Assembly (NCBI GenBank): GCA_014729395.1
Contig: WJJZ01000006.1
Coordinates: 7,090-71,089 of the forward strand
Direction: 5' to 3'
From: Candidatus Magasanikiibacteriota bacterium
Lineage (GTDB): Bacteria > Patescibacteriota > Patescibacteriia > Magasanikbacterales > UBA922
Length of the DNA: 64,000 nt
In this document: piece after piece, positions 1 to 9,509 of the stretch
How positions within the stretch are numbered: the first letter of the stretch is position 1
Layout of the letters: each line of letters starts with the position of its first letter
Made by a program: the position numbers and the translations under genes
Notes under the pieces: generated by a model
Told to the model about the DNA's origin: nothing
Database searches by the model: none
The model's input: the letters and a program-made list of their open reading frames with translations, nothing else

Positions 1-1521
1 GTAAAGAAATCTTATCTGACCATCACAAATACCGCATTAACTAACAAGACTGTAGTAGGCGGTAGTACTGACGTTCAAGTGTACGAGGGTAAGCTGAGTG
101 CGGGAACATCCTCTGACATCAAGATTACTGAAATAGTGTTCAACACCTATGATGCCAGTTCTGATAATGAAGACACACTATTTAGTGATACCAACATCTC
201 ACAGCTAAGACTCTACATTAATGGTGTAATGGTAAAAGCAAAGAGTGGCTCTATTACTGAAGCTGCAAACGACACAAGTGACGGCTCCATGACATTTAGC
301 GCTCTAAATACCACCATTCCATCCGGAGATACTTATACCGTAAAGATTGAAGCTGACTTTGCTTCAAATCTTAGTGGTACAGGTGAGTTTGCTTTGTCAA
401 TACCAACCGCAGCCAGTGTAACAGCACGAGATCAAGATAATGAACTTCTTACCTCTAGCAATAAAAATACCGTAACTGAAATTGAGTCTAGAGAGGTTAC
501 TCTTGCTGCCACCGGTGATTTGTTGGTTGATATGCAAACCGATGGTACCAACTGGAATAGAGATTTATATCTCTTGGCCGGTAATGGTTACGCCGAAGAT
601 AGATATGCCGGTGAGTTATACTTCCGGGCTAAAAACGAAGATGTGCTGGTAGAAGATTTATATCTTGAAGTTACATCTACAACCAATGCCACTGAAGATG
701 ATATTGAATCAATTTCTTTGGTAGATGGTGACGGTGTTGTGGTTATGACTGAAGCTTTTGTCTCACCAACGACGACATTTGATAATTTGGATTATGTTGT
801 TGAAGCTGAGAGCTCACAATCATTGTATATCTTGATTAATGCTAAAGGTAGTAATGTAGACGGTGACCCATCATCTACTGCCACTGCCGGTCGTAGTATT
901 TCTCTTATGATTTACAATGTTGTGGCTCGTGGACAAGATACCGGTGACAGTATTAGTATGTCTTCAGGTTCGGATTCTCCTGCATTTGGAAGTTACGATC
1001 ATGTACGTGATACTGTTAGTTCCACAATTATGACCAGTGTTCTATCGAGCGCTGTCAATGCCATGTCTGACGGAACTTTGACAGGTGGAAACGGCAAAAC
1101 CGTTGGTAAATATACCTTTACCTTCGATAATGCCGACAACCGCAATAGTGATAACACAGTTGCTACTACCACATTGACCACATTGGTACTAAACTTCGCT
1201 TCTTCTACAAATGTAAGAGCAGACAATGTTCAAGCATATATTGAAGGCGACAGTACCAATAAGACTACCGCTGTATCAGTTGATAGTAATGGTGAAGCTA
1301 CCATTAATCTAACTACCCTAAGCGGTGATTCAGAGCAAGTTACAGGTGTAGTAACACTTGTGATTACAGCCGACGTTACCACTTCAGCTTCTGATGGAGA
1401 ATACCTCCAAACAGAAATTGATGACTTATCTACTGACTTTACATGGGTTGGTGGTGTAAGTAACGGTGGTGACAGCAAGCTAAAGATTTCTGAAGTTATC
1501 GGCGGTACTCTAAGTGAGTAA
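1..1521 (+). CDS. C-terminal part of large acidic Ser/Thr-rich beta-rich surface (S-layer-like) protein, 5' truncated by the window
   Basis: Frame is open back to base 1; rich in D/E/S/T with beta-strand patterns; followed by a strong terminator. Confidence 0.65.
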   Translation, partial: VKKSYLTITNTALTNKTVVGGSTDVQVYEGKLSAGTSSDIKITEIVFNTYDASSDNEDTLFSDTNISQLRLYINGVMVKAKSGSITEAANDTSDGSMTFSALNTTIPSGDTYTVKIEADFASNLSGTGEFALSIPTAASVTARDQDNELLTSSNKNTVTEIESREVTLAATGDLLVDMQTDGTNWNRDLYLLAGNGYAEDRYAGELYFRAKNEDVLVEDLYLEVTSTTNATEDDIESISLVDGDGVVVMTEAFVSPTTTFDNLDYVVEAESSQSLYILINAKGSNVDGDPSSTATAGRSISLMIYNVVARGQDTGDSISMSSGSDSPAFGSYDHVRDTVSSTIMTSVLSSAVNAMSDGTLTGGNGKTVGKYTFTFDNADNRNSDNTVATTTLTTLVLNFASSTNVRADNVQAYIEGDSTNKTTAVSVDSNGEATINLTTLSGDSEQVTGVVTLVITADVTTSASDGEYLQTEIDDLSTDFTWVGGVSNGGDSKLKISEVIGGTLSE

Positions 1522-1567
1522 TTAGTTTAAACTCTTGAAGAACGAAAGTTGTTTAAGAATAAACTAA

Positions 1568-1606
1568 AAACAAACCTCGCCCCCTACAAGGGGCGGGGTT
1601 TTGTTT
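1568..1606 (+). terminator. Intrinsic terminator
   Basis: AAACAAACCTCGCCCCC-TACA-AGGGGCGGGGTTTTGTTT hairpin with U tract. Confidence 0.8.
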
Positions 1607-1611
1607 ATAAT

Positions 1612-1710
1612 AATTCCACCATAATCAAACCATAATTACTATATAATTATTGTAAAATTATAGTCCAATTATCGTCTAATTATAGCCTAATTTTAGTAAA
1701 ATTATTGAAT
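1612..1710. repeat. Nine degenerate 11-bp tandem units (AATTAT-N5)
   Basis: Units start at 1612, 1623, 1634, 1645, 1656, 1667, 1678, 1689, 1700 (e.g. AATTATAGTCC, AATTATCGTCT, AATTATAGCCT). Confidence 0.75.
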
Positions 1711-1789
1711 AAGTTCCCTCACCCCATCACCTCGCTCGGGCTTCGGGACAAACAAAAAAACACCATTTATCTGGTGTTCTTTTGAATAG

Positions 1790-1834
1790 GCCGCACTCAT
1801 GAAGCTGGTTTTACCCATACTTCATAAGTGCGGC
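1790..1834 (-). terminator. Hairpin downstream of the 1868..5059 gene
   Basis: GCCGCACTCATGAAG ... CTTCATAAGTGCGGC inverted repeat. Confidence 0.55.
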
Positions 1835-1867
1835 AGGCTTCCTCCTTCAACCCAACTAGCCTACAGG

Positions 1868-4800
1868 CTATATCGGGTTACATGTTGTTGATATTTGAAA
1901 CGGGGATGAGCGATTGTAGAGACCGTCTATTATAAAATAGTAAATAGTCCCACCCGTAGTCTGAAACTCCCAGGAATCGCTATACCCCCCGCTCGCGCCG
2001 GCGGCGTATTTGTCGGCCGAACAATCGGCAGCCAAAACGATAATGTCCACGTCATCAGTCATGTTGTCAATTGTCAGATTGACATTCATATCAATATCAG
2101 TCGTGAATACATACACTCGTTCCGGGCCGTTGTAGTTGACCAGGTTTCCACCGTAGTTTAATCGGTTATTCTCATAACCGATAGTGGAGCCGTTTACAAC
2201 CACTCCACACTCAACAATACCACCACCATACTCCGAGCCTTCGTAGCTCGTGGAGCAGACAGTATCGGAACCACTACATTCCAGAGTACCTTCGCCACAG
2301 GCGGCCTCAGTCTCCAGACAAGGATCAGCCGCGATGTTGTCTATCTCATCATCGCAGTCATTATCCTCGCCATCGCAGATTTCGTCGCTCGGATCAGGAG
2401 CATCGCAATCTACCCAGTCGCCCGAGTCATTGCAGTACTCCAGTCCGGACCCGCACAGACTACTACATTCACGAGTCAGGTTTTCGTCACCATCGTCGCG
2501 ACCATCGCAGTCATCGTCCAGGCCGTTGCAGAGTTCTTCGGGTTCGGGACCGCAGTCGCCGCAAGCGTTGCGTACACCCTCATCAACATCGCCATCGCAG
2601 TCATCGTCCAAGTTGTTACACTCTTCGCTCGATGGACGACCGGGGGTACAGGTACCTTCCGGCTGGCCGTTGACACAGCTGACCACTGCCGTGGCCTCGC
2701 ATTCGCCTACACCACATTCAATGGTATAGTCATCGAGACCTTCGTCAATGTCACCATCACAGTCGTCGTCCAGGCCGTTGCACTCCTCGTCAGACGGCGT
2801 ACCCGCCTCACAAGTGTTAACTTCCTCGCCGGCGATGCATACGATGTTGCCGACAGACGCGCACTCACCCTGACCACAAGTAGTCTCGGGTTCAGCCAAG
2901 TCTTCGTCGGTTTCACCATCACAGTCGTCGTCAAGTCCGTTGCACTCTTCGTTAGTGGGGGTGCCGGGTTGACAGCTGTCTACCATCTCGCCGTTTTGGC
3001 AAGAGAGTAGACCGGTGGAAAAGCACTCGCCTTCACCGCAGCCGGTTTCAGAATCCGGTATGTCTTCATCAGTCTCACCATCGCAGTCGTCGTCCAGACT
3101 ATTGCAGGCTTCTGCTTGACTACCGGGTTCTACCAGAGCTACGCAAACGGGCAAGGCTTCTTCAGCACAGATTTTCTCGCCGTCACGGCAAATGCCGAAA
3201 TTGACTTCAACCGTACAGGTATCGCCCAGTCCGGGCAATTCGTCGGTTTCACCATCGCAGTCATTGTCTTCGCCGGGATTGAAACAAGTTTCTTCTTCCG
3301 GAAGAACCTGCTCCAAACATTGCAGATCCCAAGTATAGTCTTCAAGACACACTTGGTATCCTTCTTGGCAAATTCCAATGCCGCGTGTCTCGGCCGACCC
3401 TTCATAACAGGTCTGGGTTTCAGGATCCTGATCGTCATATCGGCAAGGACAGTCCTCATCAACATGACCATCGCAGTCATCGTCCAGACCGTTGCAGGTT
3501 TCTTCCTGTGGGTCAACCGTTCCGACACAGGTGAAAGTCCGTACTTCATTTTCAGTGGTACAGACTTCGCGACCAATGCGGCAAATGCCGGTACTGGTGG
3601 TTCCGCATTCAGAAGGCTCATCACCGGGTTCAACCGGTGGGTTGCCTTCATCCACCAGGCCATCGCAATCGTCGTCGCGGCCATTGCAGAGTTCTATTGC
3701 CCAGGGGTTGACCTCCGGGTTTGATTCGTCGCAGTCGGCTTCACCAAAGAAGCCATCCTGGTCAAAATCTTCTTCCGGACATGGTACATCCCCGGCCAGA
3801 CAATCTTGATCCAAGCCGTCACCACAACGTTCCGGAGCACCCGGGTACATGGTGGGATCGTCGTCATTGCAATCGGCTGAAAAATCGTACCCGTCCCGGT
3901 CACTGTCATTTTCAGGACAGGCCAGGTCTTCACCGTCGCAATCCTGGTCAATGCCATCACCACAAAGTTCCGGAGCATCGGGGAAAATTCCCGAATCAAA
4001 GTCGTTGCAGTCGGCCTGGGTGACCCAACCATCGCGATCAACGTCATCTGGCCATTCCGTAGTCGCAAAAATGCCGTCGCAGTCCTGGTCAATACCGTCA
4101 TCAGGAATGTCTTCGGCATCAGGATGAACGGAGTTGTCGTAGTCGTTGCAATCCCGTATGGAATCATGTTCGGCATCAGCATAGTAGCCGTCTCGATCTT
4201 CATCCCGCTCATACAACGGATTATCCGCTCTCCCGTCGCAGTCGTTGTCCATTTCGTCGATGACTTCCGGTGCTCCGGGGTATACCAGAGCGTTTTCATC
4301 ATTGCAGTCAAGGATGGCTATCCAGCCATCATTATCAGCGTCGGTCTGGTCGCAAATCAAGTCCTCACCATTGGAATCCTCATCAACTCCGTTGCTGCAG
4401 AAGCAGGGTCGGTTTTCAAAGGAAGTCGGTTGGTAAGGGTGAATATCTTGCGCCTTGGTACTGTCAAGTGCTTCAGAACAAATGATGGACACCCCGGGAT
4501 CGTCCAGATAAATCCGGTACTTCTCTTGAAGAGTGTCGTCATTGTCCTCTGCGTCATTGAAATTCGATCGGAGTGAGTCGTCCAGGTTTTCACAGCAACC
4601 GGGAACAGTCTCACCGGTATCATCAAGACAATGGTAGAAGCTGTCCCCATCCGAGTCGCATTCCGGTCGGTATTCTTCGAGCTGAATGGAAAATTCTTTG
4701 TTCTTTTTCACATTCAGCCTTCCGGAGTAGGTAGCAATTATATCGCCACCGGAGGACATACCTACAATATGCAAATAAATGACAGTACTTTGTGACGAGT

Positions 4801-5059
4801 TAATTCCGACATCAACGGGGTCAACCCTAATGTCGTTCTCAAATCCCGAAAATTCCTCCACTTCAGAGTGGATCTCTCGGTAATTGCCTTCTTCATCCTC
4901 TTTTTTGATAAGAAATCTGAGAAGGACGATTTCTTCAGTATCGATGCCAGCTTCCGCGCTAACATGAAGGATAAACGGATACTCCTCGTCTCCGCAGCCA
5001 ACGATACTTGCAAAAAAGGCCAATCCAAGAATACAAAGAGTGGTTTGTCTAATGCTCAT
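1868..5059 (-). CDS. Lipoprotein with about 14 Cys/Asp-rich MopE-like metal-binding repeats and a C-terminal PPC-like beta domain
   Basis: Lipobox-like IVGC; repeated E-x-CNGLDDDCDG and DCND motifs; ends in TIYYFIIDG; AGGAGGTG SD. Confidence 0.8.
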   Translation of the reverse strand: MSIRQTTLCILGLAFFASIVGCGDEEYPFILHVSAEAGIDTEEIVLLRFLIKKEDEEGNYREIHSEVEEFSGFENDIRVDPVDVGINSSQSTVIYLHIVGMSSGGDIIATYSGRLNVKKNKEFSIQLEEYRPECDSDGDSFYHCLDDTGETVPGCCENLDDSLRSNFNDAEDNDDTLQEKYRIYLDDPGVSIICSEALDSTKAQDIHPYQPTSFENRPCFCSNGVDEDSNGEDLICDQTDADNDGWIAILDCNDENALVYPGAPEVIDEMDNDCDGRADNPLYERDEDRDGYYADAEHDSIRDCNDYDNSVHPDAEDIPDDGIDQDCDGIFATTEWPDDVDRDGWVTQADCNDFDSGIFPDAPELCGDGIDQDCDGEDLACPENDSDRDGYDFSADCNDDDPTMYPGAPERCGDGLDQDCLAGDVPCPEEDFDQDGFFGEADCDESNPEVNPWAIELCNGRDDDCDGLVDEGNPPVEPGDEPSECGTTSTGICRIGREVCTTENEVRTFTCVGTVDPQEETCNGLDDDCDGHVDEDCPCRYDDQDPETQTCYEGSAETRGIGICQEGYQVCLEDYTWDLQCLEQVLPEEETCFNPGEDNDCDGETDELPGLGDTCTVEVNFGICRDGEKICAEEALPVCVALVEPGSQAEACNSLDDDCDGETDEDIPDSETGCGEGECFSTGLLSCQNGEMVDSCQPGTPTNEECNGLDDDCDGETDEDLAEPETTCGQGECASVGNIVCIAGEEVNTCEAGTPSDEECNGLDDDCDGDIDEGLDDYTIECGVGECEATAVVSCVNGQPEGTCTPGRPSSEECNNLDDDCDGDVDEGVRNACGDCGPEPEELCNGLDDDCDGRDDGDENLTRECSSLCGSGLEYCNDSGDWVDCDAPDPSDEICDGEDNDCDDEIDNIAADPCLETEAACGEGTLECSGSDTVCSTSYEGSEYGGGIVECGVVVNGSTIGYENNRLNYGGNLVNYNGPERVYVFTTDIDMNVNLTIDNMTDDVDIIVLAADCSADKYAAGASGGYSDSWEFQTTGGTIYYFIIDGLYNRSSPFQISTTCNPI

Positions 5060-5116
5060 ATTGCACCTCCTATATTTGAATGAGCGTGTTATGGTTTATG
5101 TATACAATAACACAAA

Positions 5117-5145
5117 ATAATAGCATATTTTAGCTATTAAGTCAA
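5117..5145 (-). promoter_or_regulatory. Sigma70-type promoter
   Basis: TTGACT-17bp-TATTAT with TG extension. Confidence 0.6.
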
Positions 5146-5236
5146 ATTTGTGAAGCTTTTGTCTAGTAGATAAAAAATACCTAAATTAAGGAAAAAACAC
5201 CACAAATAGCGGTGTTTGGTGGACTTATTATGTTTT

Positions 5237-6031
5237 TTAAAGCGAAAAACATTTTGCCATAAGATGAAATTGACCGGCGCGGCCGGATGAACCGTCGACA
5301 ACAATGTAATAAAGAGTGTTTGGTTCAATGGTTAGAAGCCATTTATCTTCATAGTTTTCTGATTGTCCTCCACCAATAAAATTTCCAGAACAGCTTTCAT
5401 CAAAAATAAATACATCCAACTCTTCATCTATACTATATAAACTTAGTTCCAAACCCCTCTCATGGGTACTTTTAAAAGCATATACACTTTCCGGTCCATC
5501 GTATGCAATTCGAATCGGAGGGTAACTACTAATATTATTTGGGTTATCTACAGTTGAAGAAATTTCTTCAATATTACAATTCAGCACTTGGCCGATAAAA
5601 TCAGAACCTCCGAATTGGCTGGAACAAATTAGATTACTTTCTTGACATTCTTCTACACCCTCACCACAAGCAGAATTTTCTTCCAGGCAGGGCATGGGTT
5701 CCACATTATCAATGATTCCGTCGCAATTATCATCAAAATCATTACACGATTCTTTTTGACATTCATGTGATAAATTTTCTTCATTTTGGTCACTATTATA
5801 ATTCGGTGTATGTGTATCGGGTGATGCATCATCTTGCAACGAGATATCATTATTTGATGAGTCTTCAATAGTTTCGTTTATATCCATACTCACACAATGT
5901 CCATAGTGACAAACACTATCGTCCGGGCAGTCATCTCTTGAATTGCAAGTCATTTTTTGTGTATCGTTACAAGCAAGAACAAGCAATACCGACACTATCA
6001 AGACAAAAGTATTGAGTTTTATTTTATTCAC
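5237..6031 (-). CDS. Short lipoprotein paralog of 1868..5059 (one MopE-like repeat plus PPC-like domain)
   Basis: Lipobox VLAC; CNDFDDNCDG; last ~160 aa align by eye with the larger protein (YDGPESVY vs YNGPERVY; LYYIVVDG vs IYYFIIDG); GTG start with AAAGGAGGTG SD. Confidence 0.75.
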   Translation of the reverse strand: MNKIKLNTFVLIVSVLLVLACNDTQKMTCNSRDDCPDDSVCHYGHCVSMDINETIEDSSNNDISLQDDASPDTHTPNYNSDQNEENLSHECQKESCNDFDDNCDGIIDNVEPMPCLEENSACGEGVEECQESNLICSSQFGGSDFIGQVLNCNIEEISSTVDNPNNISSYPPIRIAYDGPESVYAFKSTHERGLELSLYSIDEELDVFIFDESCSGNFIGGGQSENYEDKWLLTIEPNTLYYIVVDGSSGRAGQFHLMAKCFSL

Positions 6032-6068
6032 CTCGCACCTCCTTTGGAAAAGAACAGTTGATTATCTA

Positions 6069-6096
6069 ATTTTAACATCTGCCTATCATGTGTCAA
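6069..6096 (-). promoter_or_regulatory. Sigma70-type promoter
   Basis: TTGACA-16bp-TAAAAT with TG extension. Confidence 0.5.
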
Positions 6097-6183
6097 CATA
6101 GTACTAATATTTTCCAAATGGTTTGACTGAAAAATGCTATTCATGAGATAATACGGCCGTCAAATTATTTTTTATAAAATTTT

Positions 6184-8217
6184 ATGCATCGAAAAATAGA
6201 ACTATTGATAAAGGGGTTGATAGGGGCAAGTTTTATAATGCCTTTGATAGTAATTCCTTCTTCATATATATTTCCTTTTATTGTGCCAAAAATCGTCTTT
6301 TTTAGAACTTTGGTTCTAATAATGCTTGCCGCTTGTATTATTTTGTATGCAACGAATTTTAAAAAATATAAGACCGAATTTACACCAATCAATATAATTG
6401 TTGGATTGTTTTTTATAAGTTTTGCCATATCCACTTTTATAGGGGTGGATTGGTATAGGAGTTTTTGGGATAATCACGAAAGGATGCTTGGACTTTTCAC
6501 TATTTTTCATTATGTGGTTTTTTACTATATAGTCACTACTTTTATAAAAGAGTGGAAAGATTGGAAATGGCTGCTAAGACTATTTCTATTTACAGGATCT
6601 ATTGTAATGGTTATTGGTTTTTGGCAAAAATTAGTAAATCCGGAATTTCTTCTAAATCAAGGTAGTGGTCGTGTTTCATCAACTTTGGGGAATGCAATTT
6701 ATTATAGTGGATTTGGTCTGTTTTTAGCAGCGATAGGATATATTCTTGCGATAAAAGAGAAAATAAACACTGAATGGTGGTGGTATGCTGTTGTTGGTGC
6801 TGTTATCGGTCTTTTGGGAATGTTTTTAGGTGGGACGCGTGGTACATTCTTAGGTTTTCTGTTTGGCTTAATGGTACTAATTATTTCCTACCTTTTTACA
6901 ATAAGAGGACACAAGAAAGTTAAGCAAGTTTTAGCTGGAATCATGATTATTGGTGTTATTGTGATTGGGATAATGTATATTTATAGAGATACTGATTTTG
7001 TAAGAGATTTTCCGGCACTGGGAAGAGTTGTTAATATTTCTTTAAGCGGTGGCGGAGTTGAGACCAGGTTGATGGCATGGGATATTGCTGTAGAAGCATG
7101 GAAGGAAAATCCTGTCTTGGGCTGGGGACCGAATAATTTTTATTACGCTTTCAATAAATATTACAGACCTGAATTTTTGGAATATGGATACCAAGAAACT
7201 TGGTTTGATAATGCTCATAGTGCAGTATTAAATACATTAGCTGTTCAAGGTTTAGTCGGTTTGATTTTCTATCTGGGATTGTTTGCAATACCGCTATATT
7301 ACACATGGAGGAGTTACAAGAAAGACAAAATCGATGGTCATAGTTTGGGTATTATAAGCGCATTTTTGGTGGCTCATTTTATTCATAATGCTTTTGTTTT
7401 TGAAAATCCAACTTCTTATTTATATTTTTTCTTATTTTTAGCTTTTGTTAATTCCAGGGTTAGTAATGAAAAGAAAGAGGTTGAGGCATCCAAGCCGATT
7501 TCCATAGGCCTGAGTGTTACAGTTAGCTTGATAATATTATTGTTAATTTACTCAACAAATTATTATCCGGCCAAAGCAAACAAAATGAATTTGAATGTGA
7601 TCAGAGGACTTTATAGTGGGGCTGATATCGTTTCCTTGTATAATGAGGCCAGTGAAGTGCCAACACCACATATTGATGATATTAGGAATGATTTTGCCAG
7701 GACATCAGCTCAAGTTTTACCCAGTTATTTTCAAGGCGGTCAAGCTCAGGCCGGGATGAAAATTTTCGATTTGGCTTATGATGAGCTTAATAAAAATTTT
7801 TTATTGCATCCGGCAGATATAAGAATTCATATTCAACGAACACAGTTGTCTTTGCTGGGTGCGCAGATTAAACAAGACAAGAGTTACTTGCTTGATGGTG
7901 AAAGAATGCTGGAAGAAGCTTTGGAGTACTCCCCAAAAAGACAGCAAACTCATTATATGTTGTCTATTATAAAAGTTGAACTTGGAAAGACTGATGAGGC
8001 TATTGCCTTACTTCAAGACACCATAGAAGATAATCCGAAAGTCGGCGAGGGTTGGTGGAGGTTGGCTGTAATCTACAGAGATTCCGGGAATTTGGAAGAA
8101 GCAAAAAATGTATTACGCGAGGCAGAGGAGTACGGAGCCAGATTCAAAAAACAGGGACAAAATATCAAGAACGAAATATTATCTACGCCTGATCCAGAAG
8201 AGATCGATACAAACTAA
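6184..8217 (+). CDS. O-antigen ligase/O-oligosaccharyltransferase family membrane protein with C-terminal TPRs
   Basis: Many TM helices; STLGN, TRG, RLMAW...PVLGWGP and DNAHS Wzy_C motifs; TPR-like tail. Confidence 0.85.
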   Translation: MHRKIELLIKGLIGASFIMPLIVIPSSYIFPFIVPKIVFFRTLVLIMLAACIILYATNFKKYKTEFTPINIIVGLFFISFAISTFIGVDWYRSFWDNHERMLGLFTIFHYVVFYYIVTTFIKEWKDWKWLLRLFLFTGSIVMVIGFWQKLVNPEFLLNQGSGRVSSTLGNAIYYSGFGLFLAAIGYILAIKEKINTEWWWYAVVGAVIGLLGMFLGGTRGTFLGFLFGLMVLIISYLFTIRGHKKVKQVLAGIMIIGVIVIGIMYIYRDTDFVRDFPALGRVVNISLSGGGVETRLMAWDIAVEAWKENPVLGWGPNNFYYAFNKYYRPEFLEYGYQETWFDNAHSAVLNTLAVQGLVGLIFYLGLFAIPLYYTWRSYKKDKIDGHSLGIISAFLVAHFIHNAFVFENPTSYLYFFLFLAFVNSRVSNEKKEVEASKPISIGLSVTVSLIILLLIYSTNYYPAKANKMNLNVIRGLYSGADIVSLYNEASEVPTPHIDDIRNDFARTSAQVLPSYFQGGQAQAGMKIFDLAYDELNKNFLLHPADIRIHIQRTQLSLLGAQIKQDKSYLLDGERMLEEALEYSPKRQQTHYMLSIIKVELGKTDEAIALLQDTIEDNPKVGEGWWRLAVIYRDSGNLEEAKNVLREAEEYGARFKKQGQNIKNEILSTPDPEEIDTN

Positions 8218-9424
8218 TTGTTCCTTCAATAAATTTATCAAAATCAGAATTCAAATTATTATACGCTTGAGCTGCATAGTTTTGCAGCTCTTGTTTATTT
8301 TGAAGAGCAAATTCAATTTTTTTATTTAAAACTTCGGGATTATTGGGTCGGCAGAGTAATCCGGTTTTTTTATCTTGTATGAGAGAACCAATACTCCCAA
8401 CGTCAGTGGCAATAATGGGAATTTTATAATTGATGGCCTCAAGGATAGTATAGGGCAGACCTTCTTTTCTGGATGGTAGGACAAACAGGTCAAAAGCCGG
8501 GAAAAGTTTGTAGGCTTTATCTATAAAGCCCGGAACTTCAACAATATTTTCAATTTTGGAATTTGATATTTGTATTTTGGAATTTTTGTATTCCGGGCCA
8601 TTGCCGATGATGACAAATTTTATATTTTTTGGAAGTCGATCTTTTTTGAGTGAAATAGCCTCTAATAATATATCGATACCTTTGGTTGGATAAAAATTGG
8701 CGATTGTGCCTATTAAAAAAGTATCTGACTCAATTTTATTTTTTAAAAAAGTATTCAGTTTTTTTCTGGCTTCTTGTTTTTTAAATTTATGTTTCGGCGG
8801 CTTAATTGCCAGCTTAATTAAGTCTAATTTTTCCGGTTTTATTTTTAAAATGTTTTTAGCATCAGAGAAATCTTTGTCTGATAGAGTTATGATTTTATCT
8901 TTAAATCGAGCTGTAAATTTTTCCGATGATTTGTAAAGACATTTTTTTAGTTTTGGTATTGGTTCATTAAAGACCCAGCCGTGAGCAGTGTAGACAATGA
9001 ACAGTGAACAATGAACAATGAACAATTTTGCGACTGAACCCAAGATGCCCGCCTTGGAGCTGTTTAAGTGGATTATATCCGGTTTTGTTTTTTTGTATAA
9101 TTTTTGTAATTCCAAAATTGCCAGTAGATCTTTTATTGGTGATATATGTCTAACTAAGTATTCAAGTTGAACTATTTTTATTTTTTGTTCTTTGTTTATT
9201 GTTCTCTGTTCATTGCCTGCCCTGAGCGAAATCCTGCCCTGGCGGGACGAAGTCGAAGGGTTAGTTGCTAGTTGTTTTTGTAAGTCAGTTTTGCCGTTTT
9301 TTTCACCCACAGCTACGGTAATATCAAAATATTTGTTTAAATTTACCGCCAAATCAAAAACATAACGCTGGGCGCCGCCCCAGTGACCTTGAGTGATTAT
9401 GAATAGGATTTTTTTCTTTTTCAT
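8183..9424 (-). CDS. GT4 glycosyltransferase carrying in-frame repeat insertions
   Basis: GGAQRY, HLNSSKAG, YTAHG, KG and EGLPYTILEA motifs. Confidence 0.9.
   Translation of the reverse strand: MKKKKILFIITQGHWGGAQRYVFDLAVNLNKYFDITVAVGEKNGKTDLQKQLATNPSTSSRQGRISLRAGNEQRTINKEQKIKIVQLEYLVRHISPIKDLLAILELQKLYKKTKPDIIHLNSSKAGILGSVAKLFIVHCSLFIVYTAHGWVFNEPIPKLKKCLYKSSEKFTARFKDKIITLSDKDFSDAKNILKIKPEKLDLIKLAIKPPKHKFKKQEARKKLNTFLKNKIESDTFLIGTIANFYPTKGIDILLEAISLKKDRLPKNIKFVIIGNGPEYKNSKIQISNSKIENIVEVPGFIDKAYKLFPAFDLFVLPSRKEGLPYTILEAINYKIPIIATDVGSIGSLIQDKKTGLLCRPNNPEVLNKKIEFALQNKQELQNYAAQAYNNLNSDFDKFIEGTISLYRSLLDQA
8547..8588. repeat. Degenerate heptamer tract inside CDS
   Basis: TTTTCAA TTTTGGA ATTTGAT ATTTGTA TTTTGGA ATTTTTG. 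Confidence 0.6.
8994..9026. repeat. Heptamer tract (ACAATGA)n inside CDS
   Basis: ACAATGA ACAGTGA ACAATGA ACAATGA ACAAT. Confidence 0.8.
9185..9278. repeat. Heptamer tract interrupted by a 45-bp nested REP-like palindrome (9216-9260)
   Basis: TTGTTCT TTGTTTA TTGTTCT CTGTTCA TTG[CCTGCCCTGAGCGAA-ATCCTGCCCTGGCGGGACGAA-GTCGAAGGG]TTAG TTGCTAG TTGTTTT. Confidence 0.75.
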
Positions 9425-9439
9425 GGTGTTTAGAAATGA

Positions 9440-9468
9440 TTGACTTATTAGCTGAATTATAGCATAAT
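9440..9468 (+). promoter_or_regulatory. Sigma70-type promoter for the mtnP operon
   Basis: TTGACT-17bp-CATAAT. Confidence 0.55.
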
Positions 9469-9509
9469 ATATCTGCCTAAATTTCGCAATATTTAGCTAA
9501 TTTTAGTTT

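Noticed and set aside
2330-4260. Recurrent CCATCGCAGTCGTCGTCCA repeats resembling a CRISPR array
   Set aside because: Degenerate at third codon positions, irregularly spaced about 100-170 bp apart, encode the DDDCDG motif; no cas genes
2250-5083. Many overlapping alternative-frame and antisense ORFs
   Set aside because: Shadows of the GC-rich repetitive 1868..5059 gene; Ser-rich antisense translations without start signals
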